A DNA stretch of 63,621 nucleotides, filler included, from Reclinomonas americana ATCC 50394 (Eukaryota), in NCBI GenBank assembly GCA_048213135.1. It is 22 parts of 22 records of this genome, joined end to end, with 100 filler letters (N's around TTAATTAATTAA, not from the genome) between each part and the next. Parts side by side here need not be neighbours in the genome. Positions count along the whole stretch, not along the records: positions 9,784 to 15,774 come from AFZH01019915.1; positions 15,875 to 23,717 come from AFZH01019916.1; positions 23,818 to 25,050 come from AFZH01019917.1; positions 25,151 to 28,064 come from AFZH01019919.1; 18 more parts are not named here. One strand, 5' to 3'. Shown here in pieces: positions 12,218 to 25,424 of the stretch (position 1 is its first letter; each line of letters opens with the position of its first letter). The notes under the pieces are model-generated. The model did not search any database. It was not told where the DNA came from and saw only the letters and a program-made list of their open reading frames with translations. The position numbers were made by a program, and so were the translations under genes.

Positions 12218-13297
12218 ATGTTTCTCCCCTGGAAATGCTTGCGCGGCCACGCGTGTGGTGTGACCTCTGTCGCCATTACCCCCGACGGTCAGCACATTGT
12301 CAGCGGCGGCTTGGACAGCCTGGTGCGAGTGTGGTCGCTGGCCAGTGGTGGCGAAATGCAACTGTTGGAGGGACACGATGGAGGCGTGTTTTGCGTCGCC
12401 GTCACTCCCGATGGACAGCACATTGTCAGTGGCAGTCGTGACAGCACAGTGCGTGTGTGGTCACTGGCGAGTGGCGCAGAGGTGCGCCGAGTGAAAACCC
12501 ACTCTGGCGTGGTCTTTTGTGTCGCGGTCACACCCGACGGCCAGCACATTGTGAGTGGCGGCCATGATATGACCGTGCGAGTGTGGTCGCTGGCAAGTGG
12601 GGAGGAGGTGTGCGTGCTTGGGGGACGCGCTCTACAAGTGGCCTCTGTCGCCGTTACTCCCGACTGCCAGCACATTTTCAGTGGACACAGTGACTACACA
12701 GTGCGAGTGTGGTCTGTGGCGAGTGGGGAGGAGGTGCGACGGCTGGAGGGACACGCAAACACGGTGCGTTCCGTCGCCGTCACTCCCGATGGCCTCTTCG
12801 CTGTGAGTGGCAGCTGGGACAAGGGAGTTCGTGTGTGGTCTTTGGCAAGCGGAGAAGTAATTCGGCGGCTGGAGGGGCACAAGAGTTGGGTGACATCTGT
12901 GGCGATAACACCCGATGGTCGGCACGTGGTGAGCGGGAGTGGGGACTCGACAGTGCGTGTGTGGTCGCTGGCAAGTGGCGAGGAGGTGCAGCAGCTGGAG
13001 GGACACACTGAAGCAGTGACATCTGTTGCCTTCTCGCGCGATGGCCAGCACATTATGAGCGGGAGTCATGACGAGACGGTGCGGGTGTGGTCCACACCGC
13101 TTGGCCTTGCTCGGCTGGAGCTCGAGTGTGCGCGATCGGCATTGTTAGCGGTGCGGGAGATGCAAGAAAAAGAAGAAGAAAACGAAGAAGAAGAAGACCG
13201 CCGGTGCCTGGTGGAGATTGTGCTGCGCTGCTTTCTGGTTGAGGAGGCAGAAGCCATTGTGTATCGCTGCTCCGCGGACTCACGTCTTTGCTTGTGA
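12218..13297 (+). CDS. WD40 array gene 3, 359 aa, 7 repeats + conserved tail
   Basis: MFLPWKCLRGH start; seven WD40 repeats; same tail. Confidence 0.93.
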   Translation: MFLPWKCLRGHACGVTSVAITPDGQHIVSGGLDSLVRVWSLASGGEMQLLEGHDGGVFCVAVTPDGQHIVSGSRDSTVRVWSLASGAEVRRVKTHSGVVFCVAVTPDGQHIVSGGHDMTVRVWSLASGEEVCVLGGRALQVASVAVTPDCQHIFSGHSDYTVRVWSVASGEEVRRLEGHANTVRSVAVTPDGLFAVSGSWDKGVRVWSLASGEVIRRLEGHKSWVTSVAITPDGRHVVSGSGDSTVRVWSLASGEEVQQLEGHTEAVTSVAFSRDGQHIMSGSHDETVRVWSTPLGLARLELECARSALLAVREMQEKEEENEEEEDRRCLVEIVLRCFLVEEAEAIVYRCSADSRLCL

Positions 13298-13676
13298 GAG
13301 GACAGAGATACTTAAAACAGTTTTAGTTGCAGAAGGAAAGCACACGAGACTTGTTGGCGATCACTGGTAGATGCTCATTGTTGTGTATGGATCAGTGAAG
13401 TTTCTATTATTACGCCACCAACAGAGGGGTACAGGGTGCACGTGCGGAGGGAGTGAGGGTGGGAGAGAGTTGAGAAACATGCATACTCACTTTGCAGCTC
13501 AACACAGGGCTACTGCGATCGCTGTGGTGTGTATCGTGGCGCGCATCGGCGAGTTCTGTGAACGGAAACGGGTATCACACCCTCCAGAGAGTGACCACGG
13601 TGAGCAATCCATGCAACAAAACAGGTTCAAATTTACAGAAGTGACTGGATGTTTTTCTCTCGCTCATTTTTCATGA

Positions 13677-15496
13677 TCATGCGCTGGCATCGTGCGCGCC
13701 TGATCTGGAGCCGGGACCGACGTTGATCTCGTGCATGCGGCCGCTTGGTGAGCGCACCATGAGCAGACCACTGGATGGTGGTCGTTGCATCGGGGCAGCT
13801 GCCTGATCGCGTAGCTCCAGCGACGGAGCGCGTACTTGGCGCTGCAGGAACACGGCGGTTGTGCCGCGGACTTGGGGAACCGGGGCCGCAGTGCTGGGCG
13901 GGCTGTTGAGATGGCGATCGCCGTTTTCGTCCAACTGGACGTTTGTGGGTTGAGAGGATTCGGTCGGTGATGCGTACGGCGCATTGACCTCGATGGCTTT
14001 GATGCGAGCGCGCAGCTCGGCAACCTCCAAAGCCGAGGCCGGCTGCTGGGCCAACCCTTTTTCAATATCCTCCGAGGATCCCGGAGTCGTAGTGGCTGCC
14101 TCCTGCTGGCGGCGGCGATTGCGAATGAAGCGGAAGATGAAAGTGGTTACGAGGAGCACCTGGAAGGCAAGGGAAACTGCAGGGGTGGGGGGGTGGAGTC
14201 AGAACAAGTGCCCGACGTGCAAGCATCTGATCGTGAGCACGACGTAACTGAAACCGCCGACAGTGCCCAGGGCGTCGAGAACGGAGCGCTTAGCAATGGT
14301 GGTCTTGACATAAGTCGGAGCCAACTTGATGTGCGCCTGCACATGCGCACGCGGAAGAGTGAGAACGCACACTGCAATGCAACAGAGCACATGGGAAAAG
14401 CGTCACCTTGGACCACGACGCGTCGATCATGCTGGAGCAAATCTGATCACTGTTTGTGACTTGTACGGTCTCGGAGAACCACGACTTCTTCAGCACATTA
14501 CTGATTTGATCGTCGATCTGGTGTGCCCGTGGGAGTGAGCGCACGATGCACGCAGCGAGAAACGTGAGGCAGCAGCAAATTACACACCTCGGCATACGTC
14601 ATCAGCTGCTGCTGGCTGGTCAACGGCGACTGGTAATCAAGCCAGTTGCCATTTGCATCACGTCGCGACTGAGAGATTGAGATACCGAACGGCGAAGCAA
14701 AGCAGTAATCCGTGATTTTCGACGTCACGTCGACGACGCTAGCGCCGCTGTTGTTAACGCTGCTAGCGACGCCTCCCGGGCAGCTGGCCAACGTTGGCTG
14801 GGGAATATCACTGTTCTTCCAGAATACCTTGAGGCCGTCGATGGGATCTGCCACATGTACACAGCATGAACATGCTCAGTTAGTCGTTCGTCGACGATAC
14901 AGTTGCGTTCGCACTCACGTGCCTGGCGAGTAGCAGACCGGGATACGCTTGACCTCATTCTGACGCATGGTGGTGCAGTCAGCTGTGGCGCCACCGTAGT
15001 AGCAGCGAGCACTAATGCAATCAGATGTCGTCAGAGAAAACCGGCTCTGCAATAATAAGCGACGACGACAACTCACTCACTCACCCTTCACCAATGCTGA
15101 GGTAACCACCGGCGTAGATGCACGAGGTGGCGCGACACGTGAATTCGATGGTCGGCACTGAAAACGGGCGATATTATGCAGTTGGTCAATTATTGGCACG
15201 CGCCAGCAGTGTGTGTGTGTGTGACACCCGACGCAACAAATGTCGCCTGCCGGCAGCACCTGAGTAGTCTCCAGTCGCGGGTTCCTGGCGTACTGTGCCG
15301 AGATGAGGGCGACGTACGTGATAACGCTCATCAACAGGAGCATCGTCATGATTCCGCCTGCGCAGTGTTTGTGAGCGTGTGCGAACAACAGTCATTCGTG
15401 CGCGTGATCGCGCTCACCGAATGTGGTGTTTGTGTCGTGATCGCGTACAGGGCGCACGAAAGCGTCCATGCGCTTGATGAGTTGGGGAAAACCCAT
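13677..15496 (-). CDS. Multi-exon two-TM protein with large Cys-containing extracellular/luminal loop and disordered C-tail
   Basis: N-term MGFPQLIKRMDAFVRPVRDHDTNTTF|GGIMTMLLLMSVITYVALI (TM1); pre-TM2 KRSVLDALGTVGGFSYVVL; last exon VLLVTTFIFRFIRNRRR..; GT-AG introns. Internal exon boundaries not all resolved. Confidence 0.65.
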
Positions 15497-15874
15497 TTGT
15501 GTCGGAGAGGCCTGTTCTTCTCTCGAGTGAAAACAAGAAAACTGATCGAACAAATGAGTCACACACACAACAGTGCTGATTGGGGACAACTCGGTGCTCT
15601 CCTGCTTCTCGCGCGTTTTCCACACCCTTACTCTTCCCCAAACACTCTTCCCTCTCACGTTCTTCTTCTTCTTCTTCTTCTTCTTCTTCTTCTTCTTCTT
15701 CTTCTTCTTCTTCTTCTTCTTCTTCTTCTTCTTCTTCTTCTTCTTCTTCTTCTTCTTCTTCTTCTTCTTCTTCTNNNNNNNNNNNNNNNNNNNNNNNNNN
15801 NNNNNNNNNNNNNNNNNNTTAATTAATTAANNNNNNNNNNNNNNNNNNNNNNNNNNNNNNNNNNNNNNNNNNNN

Positions 15875-16803
15875 AGTTTGAGGGGGGAAATGGAGCAGTG
15901 TTCTGCGTCGCCGTCACTCCCGATGGACAACACATTGTCAGTGGCAGTCGCAACAATACGCTGCATGTGTGGTCGCTGGCGAGTGGCGCAGAGGTGCTCC
16001 GAGTGAAAACACACGCGGGTGTGGTTGCGTGTGTCGCGGTCACTCCCGACGGCCGGCATATTGTGAGTGGCGGCCATGATATGACACTGCGAGTGTGGTC
16101 GCTGGCAAGTGGGAAGGAGGTGCGTGTGCTCGGGGGACGCGCTCAACAAGTGGCCTCAGTCGCTGTTACTCCCGACGGTCAGCACGTCATGAGTGGACAC
16201 AGTGACGGCATGCTGCGAGTGTGGTCTGTGGCGAGTGGGAAGGAGGTGCGACGGTTGGAGGGACACACTGACCGTGTGTCGGCTGTTGCCATCACTCCCG
16301 ATGGCCTCTTCGCTGTGAGTGGTAGCTGGGACAAGGGAGTTCGCGTGTGGTCGCTGGCGAGCGGAGAAGTGATTCGACGGCTGGATGGTCACACGAGTTG
16401 GGTTTCGTCTGTGTCGATTACTCGTGATGGTCAGCATGTGGTGAGTGGCAGTGGGGACAAGACGGTGCGTGTGTGGTCGCTGGCAAGTGGCGAGGAGGTG
16501 CAGCGGCTGGAGGCACACAGTGGAGGAGTGATGTCCGTCGCAGTGTCGAGCGATGGCCAGCACACTGTGAGTGGCAGCGATGACGACACAGTACGGGTGT
16601 GGTCCACACCACTTGGCCTCGCTCGGCGGGAGCTCAAGGGTGCGCGATCGGCATTGTTGGCGGTGCAGGAGATGCAACAGTATGCCGATGAAGACGAAGA
16701 AGATCGCCGGTGGGTGGTGGAGATTGTCATGCGCTGCTTCCTGGTCGAGGATGCGGAGTCCATTGTCTATCGCTGCTCCACGGATCCGCGTCTTTGCTTG
16801 TGA
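15875..16803 (+). CDS. WD40 array gene 4 (first repeat lost in gap)
   Basis: Six visible WD40 repeats closely related to genes 2 and 3, plus the tail. Confidence 0.9.
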
Positions 16804-17311
16804 GAGGAACCACCAGTGAAGGAGAGGAGCTCACAGCCACAAGTTGCGGAGGGCGAGAGTGTTTGGCAGAGAGTTTAGTAACATGCATGCTCACTCACAG
16901 CTAGACACAGGGCTTCTGCTCTTCATGCAAGAGCTCGGTGTGAATCGCCATGCGCTGCTTTCTGGTCGAGCAGACAATATCCGCTGCTCGTCGTGTTTTT
17001 TTGAGCTGCATATCGCAATGTAAACAGGGTCGCACGTGCGTGTTTCTTTCTTTGCTGCATGCCACATCGACGACGTCGTCGATGAAAAGATCACGGACTC
17101 TCCGTCCTGCACGCACTTGCATTTTCGTTGTTTTTCCGCGAACGCTTTCTCTTTCCCTCTCGCTTTTACGTTTCTGCTCCCCCCAAACACTCTTCTGCAC
17201 AGAATCACCTACTCACCCTCTCCTCCACACGCTGCATACTCTCTCTCATCTTTAATCTCTCCCCCCCTCCTCTCTCTCCCTCTCCTTCTCCTTCTCCCCC
17301 CTCCCATCATC

Positions 17312-18361
17312 ATGTTTCTCCCCTGCAAGTGCCTGCGCGGCCACTTTCGCATCATTCTGTGCGTTGCCATCACTCCCGACGGTCAGCACATTATCAGCGG
17401 GAGTGCCGATGAGACACTGCGAGTGTGGTCCGTGGCGACTGGCGAGGAAGTTCGCCGGCTGGAGGGACACACTGGAGGCGTGTGGTGTGTCGCCGTCACT
17501 CCCGATGGCCAGCACATTGTGAGTGGTGGCGACGATGGCATTGTGCGAGTGTGGTCCTTCACGAGTGGCGAGGAAGTGCGACGACTGGATGGACGCACTG
17601 GTGTGGTGTCGTCGGTCGCGGTGGCTCCCGACGGGCAGCACGTTGCGAGCGGGTGTTGGGACAAGAGTGTGCGAGTGTGGTCGCTGGCAAGTGGTGAGGA
17701 GGTGCGGCGATTGGACGGCCATGCTCACTGGGTGTCTTCCGTCGCCTTCACTCCCGACAGCCAACATGTTGTGAGTGGGAGTGGAGGCACAGTGTGGGTG
17801 TGGCCGATGGCGAGGAAGGAGAAGGTGCGCCGGTTGAAGGGACACGCTGATGTGGTGTTGTCTGTGGCGGTCTCTCCCGACGGGCAGCTGGTGGTGACCG
17901 GAAGTGGCGACAATACCATTCGTGTGTGGTCACTGTCGAGTGGGGAGGAAGTGCGGCAGATAAAGGGACGCACTCGTGAGGTGTTCTCTGTCGTGCTCAC
18001 GCCCGATGGGCGGCACATTGTGAGTGGGTGTGAAGACATGACCGTGCGTGTGTGGTCGGTGGCCAGTGGCGACGAGGTGCAGCGATTGGAGGGGCACACG
18101 GGTCTGGTGCGATCCGTAGCTGTCTCGCGCGATGGCCAGCACATTGTGAGTGGCGGCGACGACGAGACGGTGCGGGTGTGGTCCACGTCGCTGGGTCTCG
18201 CTCGACTGGAGCTCGAGTGTGCGCGTACTACAATGCGTGTGGTGCAGGAGATGCAAGAAGATGAAGAAGAAGAGGTACAGGATCGCCGGTGGCTGGTGGA
18301 GATTGTGTTGCGGTGTTTCTTGGTTGAGGATGCTGCAGTGGTTGTGCATCGGCGCCTGTAG
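17312..18361 (+). CDS. WD40 array gene 5, 349 aa, tail slightly shortened
   Basis: MFLPCKCLRGH start; seven repeats; tail ..LVEIVLRCFLVEDAAVVVHRRL*. Confidence 0.93.
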   Translation: MFLPCKCLRGHFRIILCVAITPDGQHIISGSADETLRVWSVATGEEVRRLEGHTGGVWCVAVTPDGQHIVSGGDDGIVRVWSFTSGEEVRRLDGRTGVVSSVAVAPDGQHVASGCWDKSVRVWSLASGEEVRRLDGHAHWVSSVAFTPDSQHVVSGSGGTVWVWPMARKEKVRRLKGHADVVLSVAVSPDGQLVVTGSGDNTIRVWSLSSGEEVRQIKGRTREVFSVVLTPDGRHIVSGCEDMTVRVWSVASGDEVQRLEGHTGLVRSVAVSRDGQHIVSGGDDETVRVWSTSLGLARLELECARTTMRVVQEMQEDEEEEVQDRRWLVEIVLRCFLVEDAAVVVHRRL

Positions 18362-19139
18362 GAGAGGAATGTGGGGGGAGGAGATCGCCATTGGATCAGA
18401 AGAAGAAAGCAGGTGCTGTTCACAGCCAAGAAGCTGCAAAGGGAGAGAGTGTGGCAGAGAGTTGAGAATCATGCATGCTCACTTTGCACCTCAACACAGG
18501 GCTGTGTATCGTGGTGTGCTTCTTCCTGGTCGAGGCGGCAGAGGTCGTTTTCTGCACGCCTTTGCTTGTGATTGGGAAAATATCACCACCAATGAAGAGG
18601 ATGGAGGTCGGTGCTGCTCACAGCCAAGTACATCACAAGTTGCGGAGGGAGTATGGGAGAGAGATGAGAATCATGATGCATTCTCATACATTGCTCAACA
18701 CAGGGCTTTTGCACCTGATTCGCGCTCTGCTTCCTGGTCGAGGCGGCAGAGGTCGTTTTCCGTTGCTGCTCCGCAGGTGCGCGTCTGTTCATGAAAGAAG
18801 AAGGGATCGTCTCTGTCTGGTGTACATTGAGCTGCGGTGCTTCCTGGTCGTGTGCCGACGTTGTCCATTGCTGCTCTTTGTGCCCCGTTTGCTGTCTCTT
18901 TTATGCGTTGTTCTTGACGCAATGAACAGAGCAGCCTAAGGCTCATGTGTGTAGATACAGTTGAGAGTCTCACAGAATAAGCGCGACAAACATGCAGCTC
19001 GGACAACTTCGAGTAGACGAAGGGTAGCGTGTCCCCGCCACACATTTTTCCTCGTCGTCGAGCACACTGCTTCCAAGCTGCTCTTTCCCTCCCTTCCTCT
19101 CTCTCCCCCTCTCCCTCTCGCTCCACCCACGCGCACCAC

Positions 19140-20219
19140 ATGCTACCCCACCTCCTGTGCAAGTGCTTGCGTGGCCACGCGCGTCGTGTGACTTCTGTCG
19201 CGATCACCTCCGACGGGCTGTACATTGTGAGTGGGGACGCTGATAACTATGTGCGGGTGTGGTGTCTGGCGAGTGGCGAGGTCGTGCTGTGGCTGGAAGC
19301 ACACTATGCTGGAGTGAATGCTGTCGCCATCACTCCCGACGAGCAGCACATTGTGGGTGGTGGCGACGATGGAGCGGTGCGTGTGTGGTCGATGGTGACT
19401 GGTGACGAGGTGCGACGGCTGAAGGGACACGATGGCGTGGTGCTATCGGTTGCCGTGTTTCCCGACAGTCAGCACGTCGTGAGCGGCAGTGATGACTATG
19501 CTGTGCACATGTGGTCTCTGACGACTGGCGAAGAGTTGCGACGAATGGAGGGCACTTGGTGGGCGGACGCTGTCGCGGTCACTCCCAGTGGCGAGCACAT
19601 TGTGTGTGGGAGTATGCACACAGTGTGGGTACGGTCTGCGACGAGTGGCGAAGTGGTGCGACGGATTGAAGTACTCGATGATGAGCAGGTGGTGTCTGTC
19701 GCCGTCACTCCCGACGGGCACTTCATTGTGAGTGGCTGTTCGGATAAAACAGTGCGCGTGTGTTCACTGGCGAGTGGAGAAGAAGTGCTACGATTAGAAG
19801 GACATGCATGTACAGTGATGTCGGTGGCCGTGACTCCCGATGGCCGGTACGTGGTGAGCGGGAGTGCGGACAAGACAGTGCGTGTGTGGTCGCTGACAAG
19901 TGGCGAGGAGGTGCTACTGCTGGAGGGACACATTGGCGCAGTGGTGTCTGTCGCCGTGTCGCGCGATGGCCAGCACATTGTGAGCGGGAGTCATGACGGT
20001 ACCGTTCGAGCGTGGTCCACGCCACTTGGCCGTGTGCGGCACGAGCTGGAGTATGTGCGGTCAGTCATGCAAGTGGTGCAGGAGATGCAAGAAGAAGAAG
20101 AAGAAGAAGGCGAAGAAGATCGCCGGTGTCTGGTGGAGATTGTGCTGCGCTGCTTCCTGGTCGAGGAGGCAGAGGTCATTGTCTATCGGTGTTCCACGGA
20201 TGCGCGTCTTTTCCTGTGA
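19140..20219 (+). CDS. WD40 array gene 6, 359 aa, most divergent copy
   Basis: MLPHLLCKCLRGH start; seven repeats; same tail. Confidence 0.92.
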   Translation: MLPHLLCKCLRGHARRVTSVAITSDGLYIVSGDADNYVRVWCLASGEVVLWLEAHYAGVNAVAITPDEQHIVGGGDDGAVRVWSMVTGDEVRRLKGHDGVVLSVAVFPDSQHVVSGSDDYAVHMWSLTTGEELRRMEGTWWADAVAVTPSGEHIVCGSMHTVWVRSATSGEVVRRIEVLDDEQVVSVAVTPDGHFIVSGCSDKTVRVCSLASGEEVLRLEGHACTVMSVAVTPDGRYVVSGSADKTVRVWSLTSGEEVLLLEGHIGAVVSVAVSRDGQHIVSGSHDGTVRAWSTPLGRVRHELEYVRSVMQVVQEMQEEEEEEGEEDRRCLVEIVLRCFLVEEAEVIVYRCSTDARLFL

Positions 20220-20786
20220 GAGGCAAGGGTGGTGATAAGAGGGGAAGAAGCTCACTGCCAAGTGCATCACAAGTTGCGCGAGGGGTGAGTGTGACAGAGA
20301 GTTGAGAAGCATGCTCATTCACTGCTCAACACAGGGTTGCTGCGGTTGCAGTGGTGTGAGTCGTGGTGCGCTTCTGCTTCTTGTTCGAGGAGGTGGACGT
20401 CATTGTCTATCGGTGTTCCAGGGATGCTTGCCTGTGCTCGGAAGAGAAGAGATCGCTTCCATCTGGCGAGTTGCGGCGAGGTATATCCAAGTGCACCACA
20501 AGTTGCGAAGGGAGAGAGTGGGGGAGAGAGCTGAGATGCATGCATTCTCATATACCGCTGAACACAGGGTTGCTGCGGTTGCAGTGGTGCGCTTCATATT
20601 GTTGCTAGAATGCACATCTTTGAAGAGTAAGGAGATCGCCGCTGTCTCGGTGAGAACAAGCAGACTGCTGCAGTGGTGGTGTAAAGTAGGTGCCGATCGT
20701 CTCGTGTACATCCATTGTGTGGATAGGAGGGAGCTTCACTTCAATTCATCGAGGAAATCTCCTCCGGTTCCGCTTCTGATGTGCAC

Positions 20787-22019
20787 TCAGAAGTGGAACG
20801 CGCTGTTCACGAGGCTGAAGCCCTCAGTGAGCGCACCGCCGACGGCACCTGTAGATGAGGGAAAGGGAGAGAGAGAGAGAAAAGAGTGGGTGAGTGAAGC
20901 TGAAGAAGAAAGAGGAGAGAAGGAGACTGAGGGGAGGAGAAGAAGAGAAGAGAAGAAATGAGGAAGAGAAAGAGGAGGAGGACAAGGAGGAGGAGAAGAA
21001 GAAGGATACGAAGAAAAGAGTAGAAGAGAAGAGTACCAGGAGGAGGAGAAAGTGGAGGAGGAGGAGGAGAAGAACAAGAAGAAGAAGAAGGAGAAGAGAA
21101 AGAAGAAAAAGAAAAGTAGCAGGAGGAGAAGGGGAGATGAACAAGTGGAAGACAGATGGATGAAAGGAGACGGTAGTGAGCCAGAGAGCGTGATACAAGG
21201 GCAAGGGGGACGCAGAGTAATCACACGAGAGAAGCAGTGAAGCAGAGGAAGAGCCTCCTCGCTTCTCATTCACGTACCAGTCACAGCGCCAGCAAGAGCT
21301 CCCGGGCCCGCGCCCACACCTCCGAACTGTGTGAGTGAGTGTGAGTGAGTGAGCGAGTGAGTGGGGGAGTGGAAGGGACGGAGAGAGGGAGGGAGACAGA
21401 GAGAGTAAGTGAGTGAGAGTGAGTGAATGTGTGTGTGTGAGCGAGTGAGTGAGTGTGTGAGGGGGAGAAAGGATGGGGTGGCTGGGTGAGTGAGTGAGTG
21501 AGTGAGTGAGTGAGTGAGTGAGTGAGTGAGTGAGTGAGTGAGTGAGTGAGTGAGTGAGTGAGTGAGTGAGTGAGTGAGTGAGTGAGGGAGGGAGGGAGGG
21601 AGGGAGGGAGGGAGGGAGACAGAGAGTGAGCGAGTGTGAGTGAGGCTGTGTGTGAGAGAGGGAAAGAAAGAGAGAGAGACAGAGGGAGAGAGAGTGTGTG
21701 TGTGTGATTTTGTGTGAGTGAGTGAGTGAGTGAGCAAGTGAGTGTGAGAGAGTGAGTGCACAAGAGGAAGACAGTGAGTGTGCGTGAGAGTGAGTGCGAG
21801 AAGTGACACATTGACTCTCAAAGATGCGATGGGTGTTTTCAGTGACGCAACAAAGGCACCGCCAATGGCACCAGTGGCAGCTCCCACAGCAGCGCCCTCA
21901 CCTGTGAGTGAGTGAGAGAGAAGAGAGAGAGAGAGTGAGAAATCAGACAAAGAGTGATCGCTTTCGTGTGACTCACCGGCATGGATGCCAACCTCCTCGA
22001 CGTCGTGCTCCCAGCTCAT
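20787..22019 (-). CDS. Glycine-zipper peptide copy 2 (67 aa): MSWEHDVEEVGIHAGEGAAVGAATGAIGGAFFGGVGAGPGALAGAVTGAVGGALTEGFSLVNSAFHF
   Basis: Exons 22019-21977, 21901-21852, 21326-21278, 20848-20787; GT-AG introns at the same positions as copy 1. Confidence 0.9.
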
Positions 22020-22911
22020 TTTTTGTTGTTGGTGTTGTTGTTGCTCGAAGGCCTGCGAGAAAACTTGTGAACAAGTGTCATGTACGTAACTTCACGGCCT
22101 TTTTTTGTCAAGACGATGGCCATGATGGAGAGTCTCACAAAAGTCATGCTCTGCTTCCTCGGCAGAGAATCAAAGACAAAGAGCGGTCGAAGTGACGCAG
22201 GGATTTCAGAGGGTTCACGCCATCATCACCAGCTCGTTAGGCGGACCTGAGTTCGCGTACAAGCGTGGTACCCAAGAGAGTATCGCAGCTGTCCACGCCA
22301 CGCAAGTACTAACTGCACGCGGATCTCTTCCTCTCCCGATCCGCGTCACACGAGCGTGAGCAGCGGGCGACAGAGCGTAGTTTCGTCCTCTCGAGAGTTG
22401 ACTCTTCCATTGTAACGTCGGCATCCCAACTGTGAGCAGCGGGCGATCAAGTGTGGTTTCGTCCTCTCCACATTGCCTCAGTGCTGCCACTCTTTCTGCC
22501 TCGCGACTGCGATCAAGTCCTCTCCTCGGCATGCGAGCGAGAGAAGGGAAAGAGCGAGGAGGAATTAAAGAGGAAGAGGGCGATTGCGAAGCGGGGGACG
22601 AAAAGAAATAGAAAGCGAGAAATAGAGGGTGATAGAGAGAGAGAGAGAGCAGAGACAGGAGAGCGCAGCCACTTTCCACTCCCACATGACCCCGAGTTTG
22701 CATGCCAACTGTGAGCAGCTTGCGATAACACCATGTGAGCGAAGCCTCTTCCCTTTCTGCGTGAGTGAAACCTTCCTCTCCGGTGTGAGAGCAACTTGCA
22801 ACTTCTGTGATTGAGAACAAAGAATACGCACTTCCTGTCGCGTTCATTCACGTCGTCATGCCACCAGCAAAGTCGCAGGGCGGCGACGGGGTCAGTGGCA
22901 AGGGAGCCACT

Positions 22912-24613
<1,702 letters not shown>

Positions 24614-24892
24614 TTTGTTGGATGGACGATTGCCTTTGCTCACAGACAAAAAAAACTCGTGAAAAGAAAATTGGTGACGCGCGATATCGAAATTGCAAAC
24701 TCTTCATGGCGACGTGCATTGTGTGCTGCACATTGTCTCCCCCGCACGCTTCTCTGCACTCCAACAAAGAAAGGGAAATTCATTGGCGTTGCTCAGCGCT
24801 CTCTTCCGCTGATCACATGTTCGAATTCATGCAAGAAGTGCGCAAACTTGTGTGGAGGAGAGAGGGAGGAACCGCTGTCGAGCGAAGCCATT

Positions 24893-24954
24893 TTAGAGGT
24901 GAAAGTGGTGGTTGAGGAGGTTGAATCCCTCGTCAATGGCACCGCCCACGGCAC
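24893..24954 (-). CDS. Glycine-zipper peptide copy 4, last exon only ((G)AVGGAIDEGFNLLNHHFHL*)
   Basis: cag acceptor followed by a 62-nt exon homologous to exon 4 of copies 2 and 3, with several synonymous changes and an intact stop; upstream exons absent or in gap at 25051. Confidence 0.75.
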
Positions 24955-25150
24955 CTGTGCAAATATAGAGAAATCGTAAGCAAACTCGAAAAGCGTCTCT
25001 CTCCGCGCACGTCTCTCTCTCTCTCTCTCTCCTCCCCCTCCCCCCTCCCCNNNNNNNNNNNNNNNNNNNNNNNNNNNNNNNNNNNNNNNNNNNNTTAATT
25101 AATTAANNNNNNNNNNNNNNNNNNNNNNNNNNNNNNNNNNNNNNNNNNNN

Positions 25151-25224
<74 letters not shown>

Positions 25225-25424
25225 GTACGAGATCCCCTCTGACTGTCGCCACACTGCTTTCAATCGTTCTGAGCCTGAGATGAAACGATGGTCGCATGCT
25301 GTATCTGTTCGAAGTGCGCATTTTGCCTGTTGGCACTGACGTACCTCCCCCTTTCCCTTCCCTCCCCCTCCCCCTTCCCTCCCCTTCCCTCCCCTTCCCT
25401 CCCCCTTCCCCCACATATCCACAG

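Noticed and set aside
18500..18870. Orphan WD40-tail copies as DGR template repeats
   Set aside because: Differences are not adenine-specific, include indels, and no reverse transcriptase is present.
10355..20025. Many antisense ORFs over the WD40 genes
   Set aside because: Shadow frames of GC-rich repetitive coding sequence.
22215..22847. 210-aa minus-strand ORF between peptide copies 2 and 3
   Set aside because: Partly low-complexity with short internal repeats and no motif; cannot be supported as a gene.
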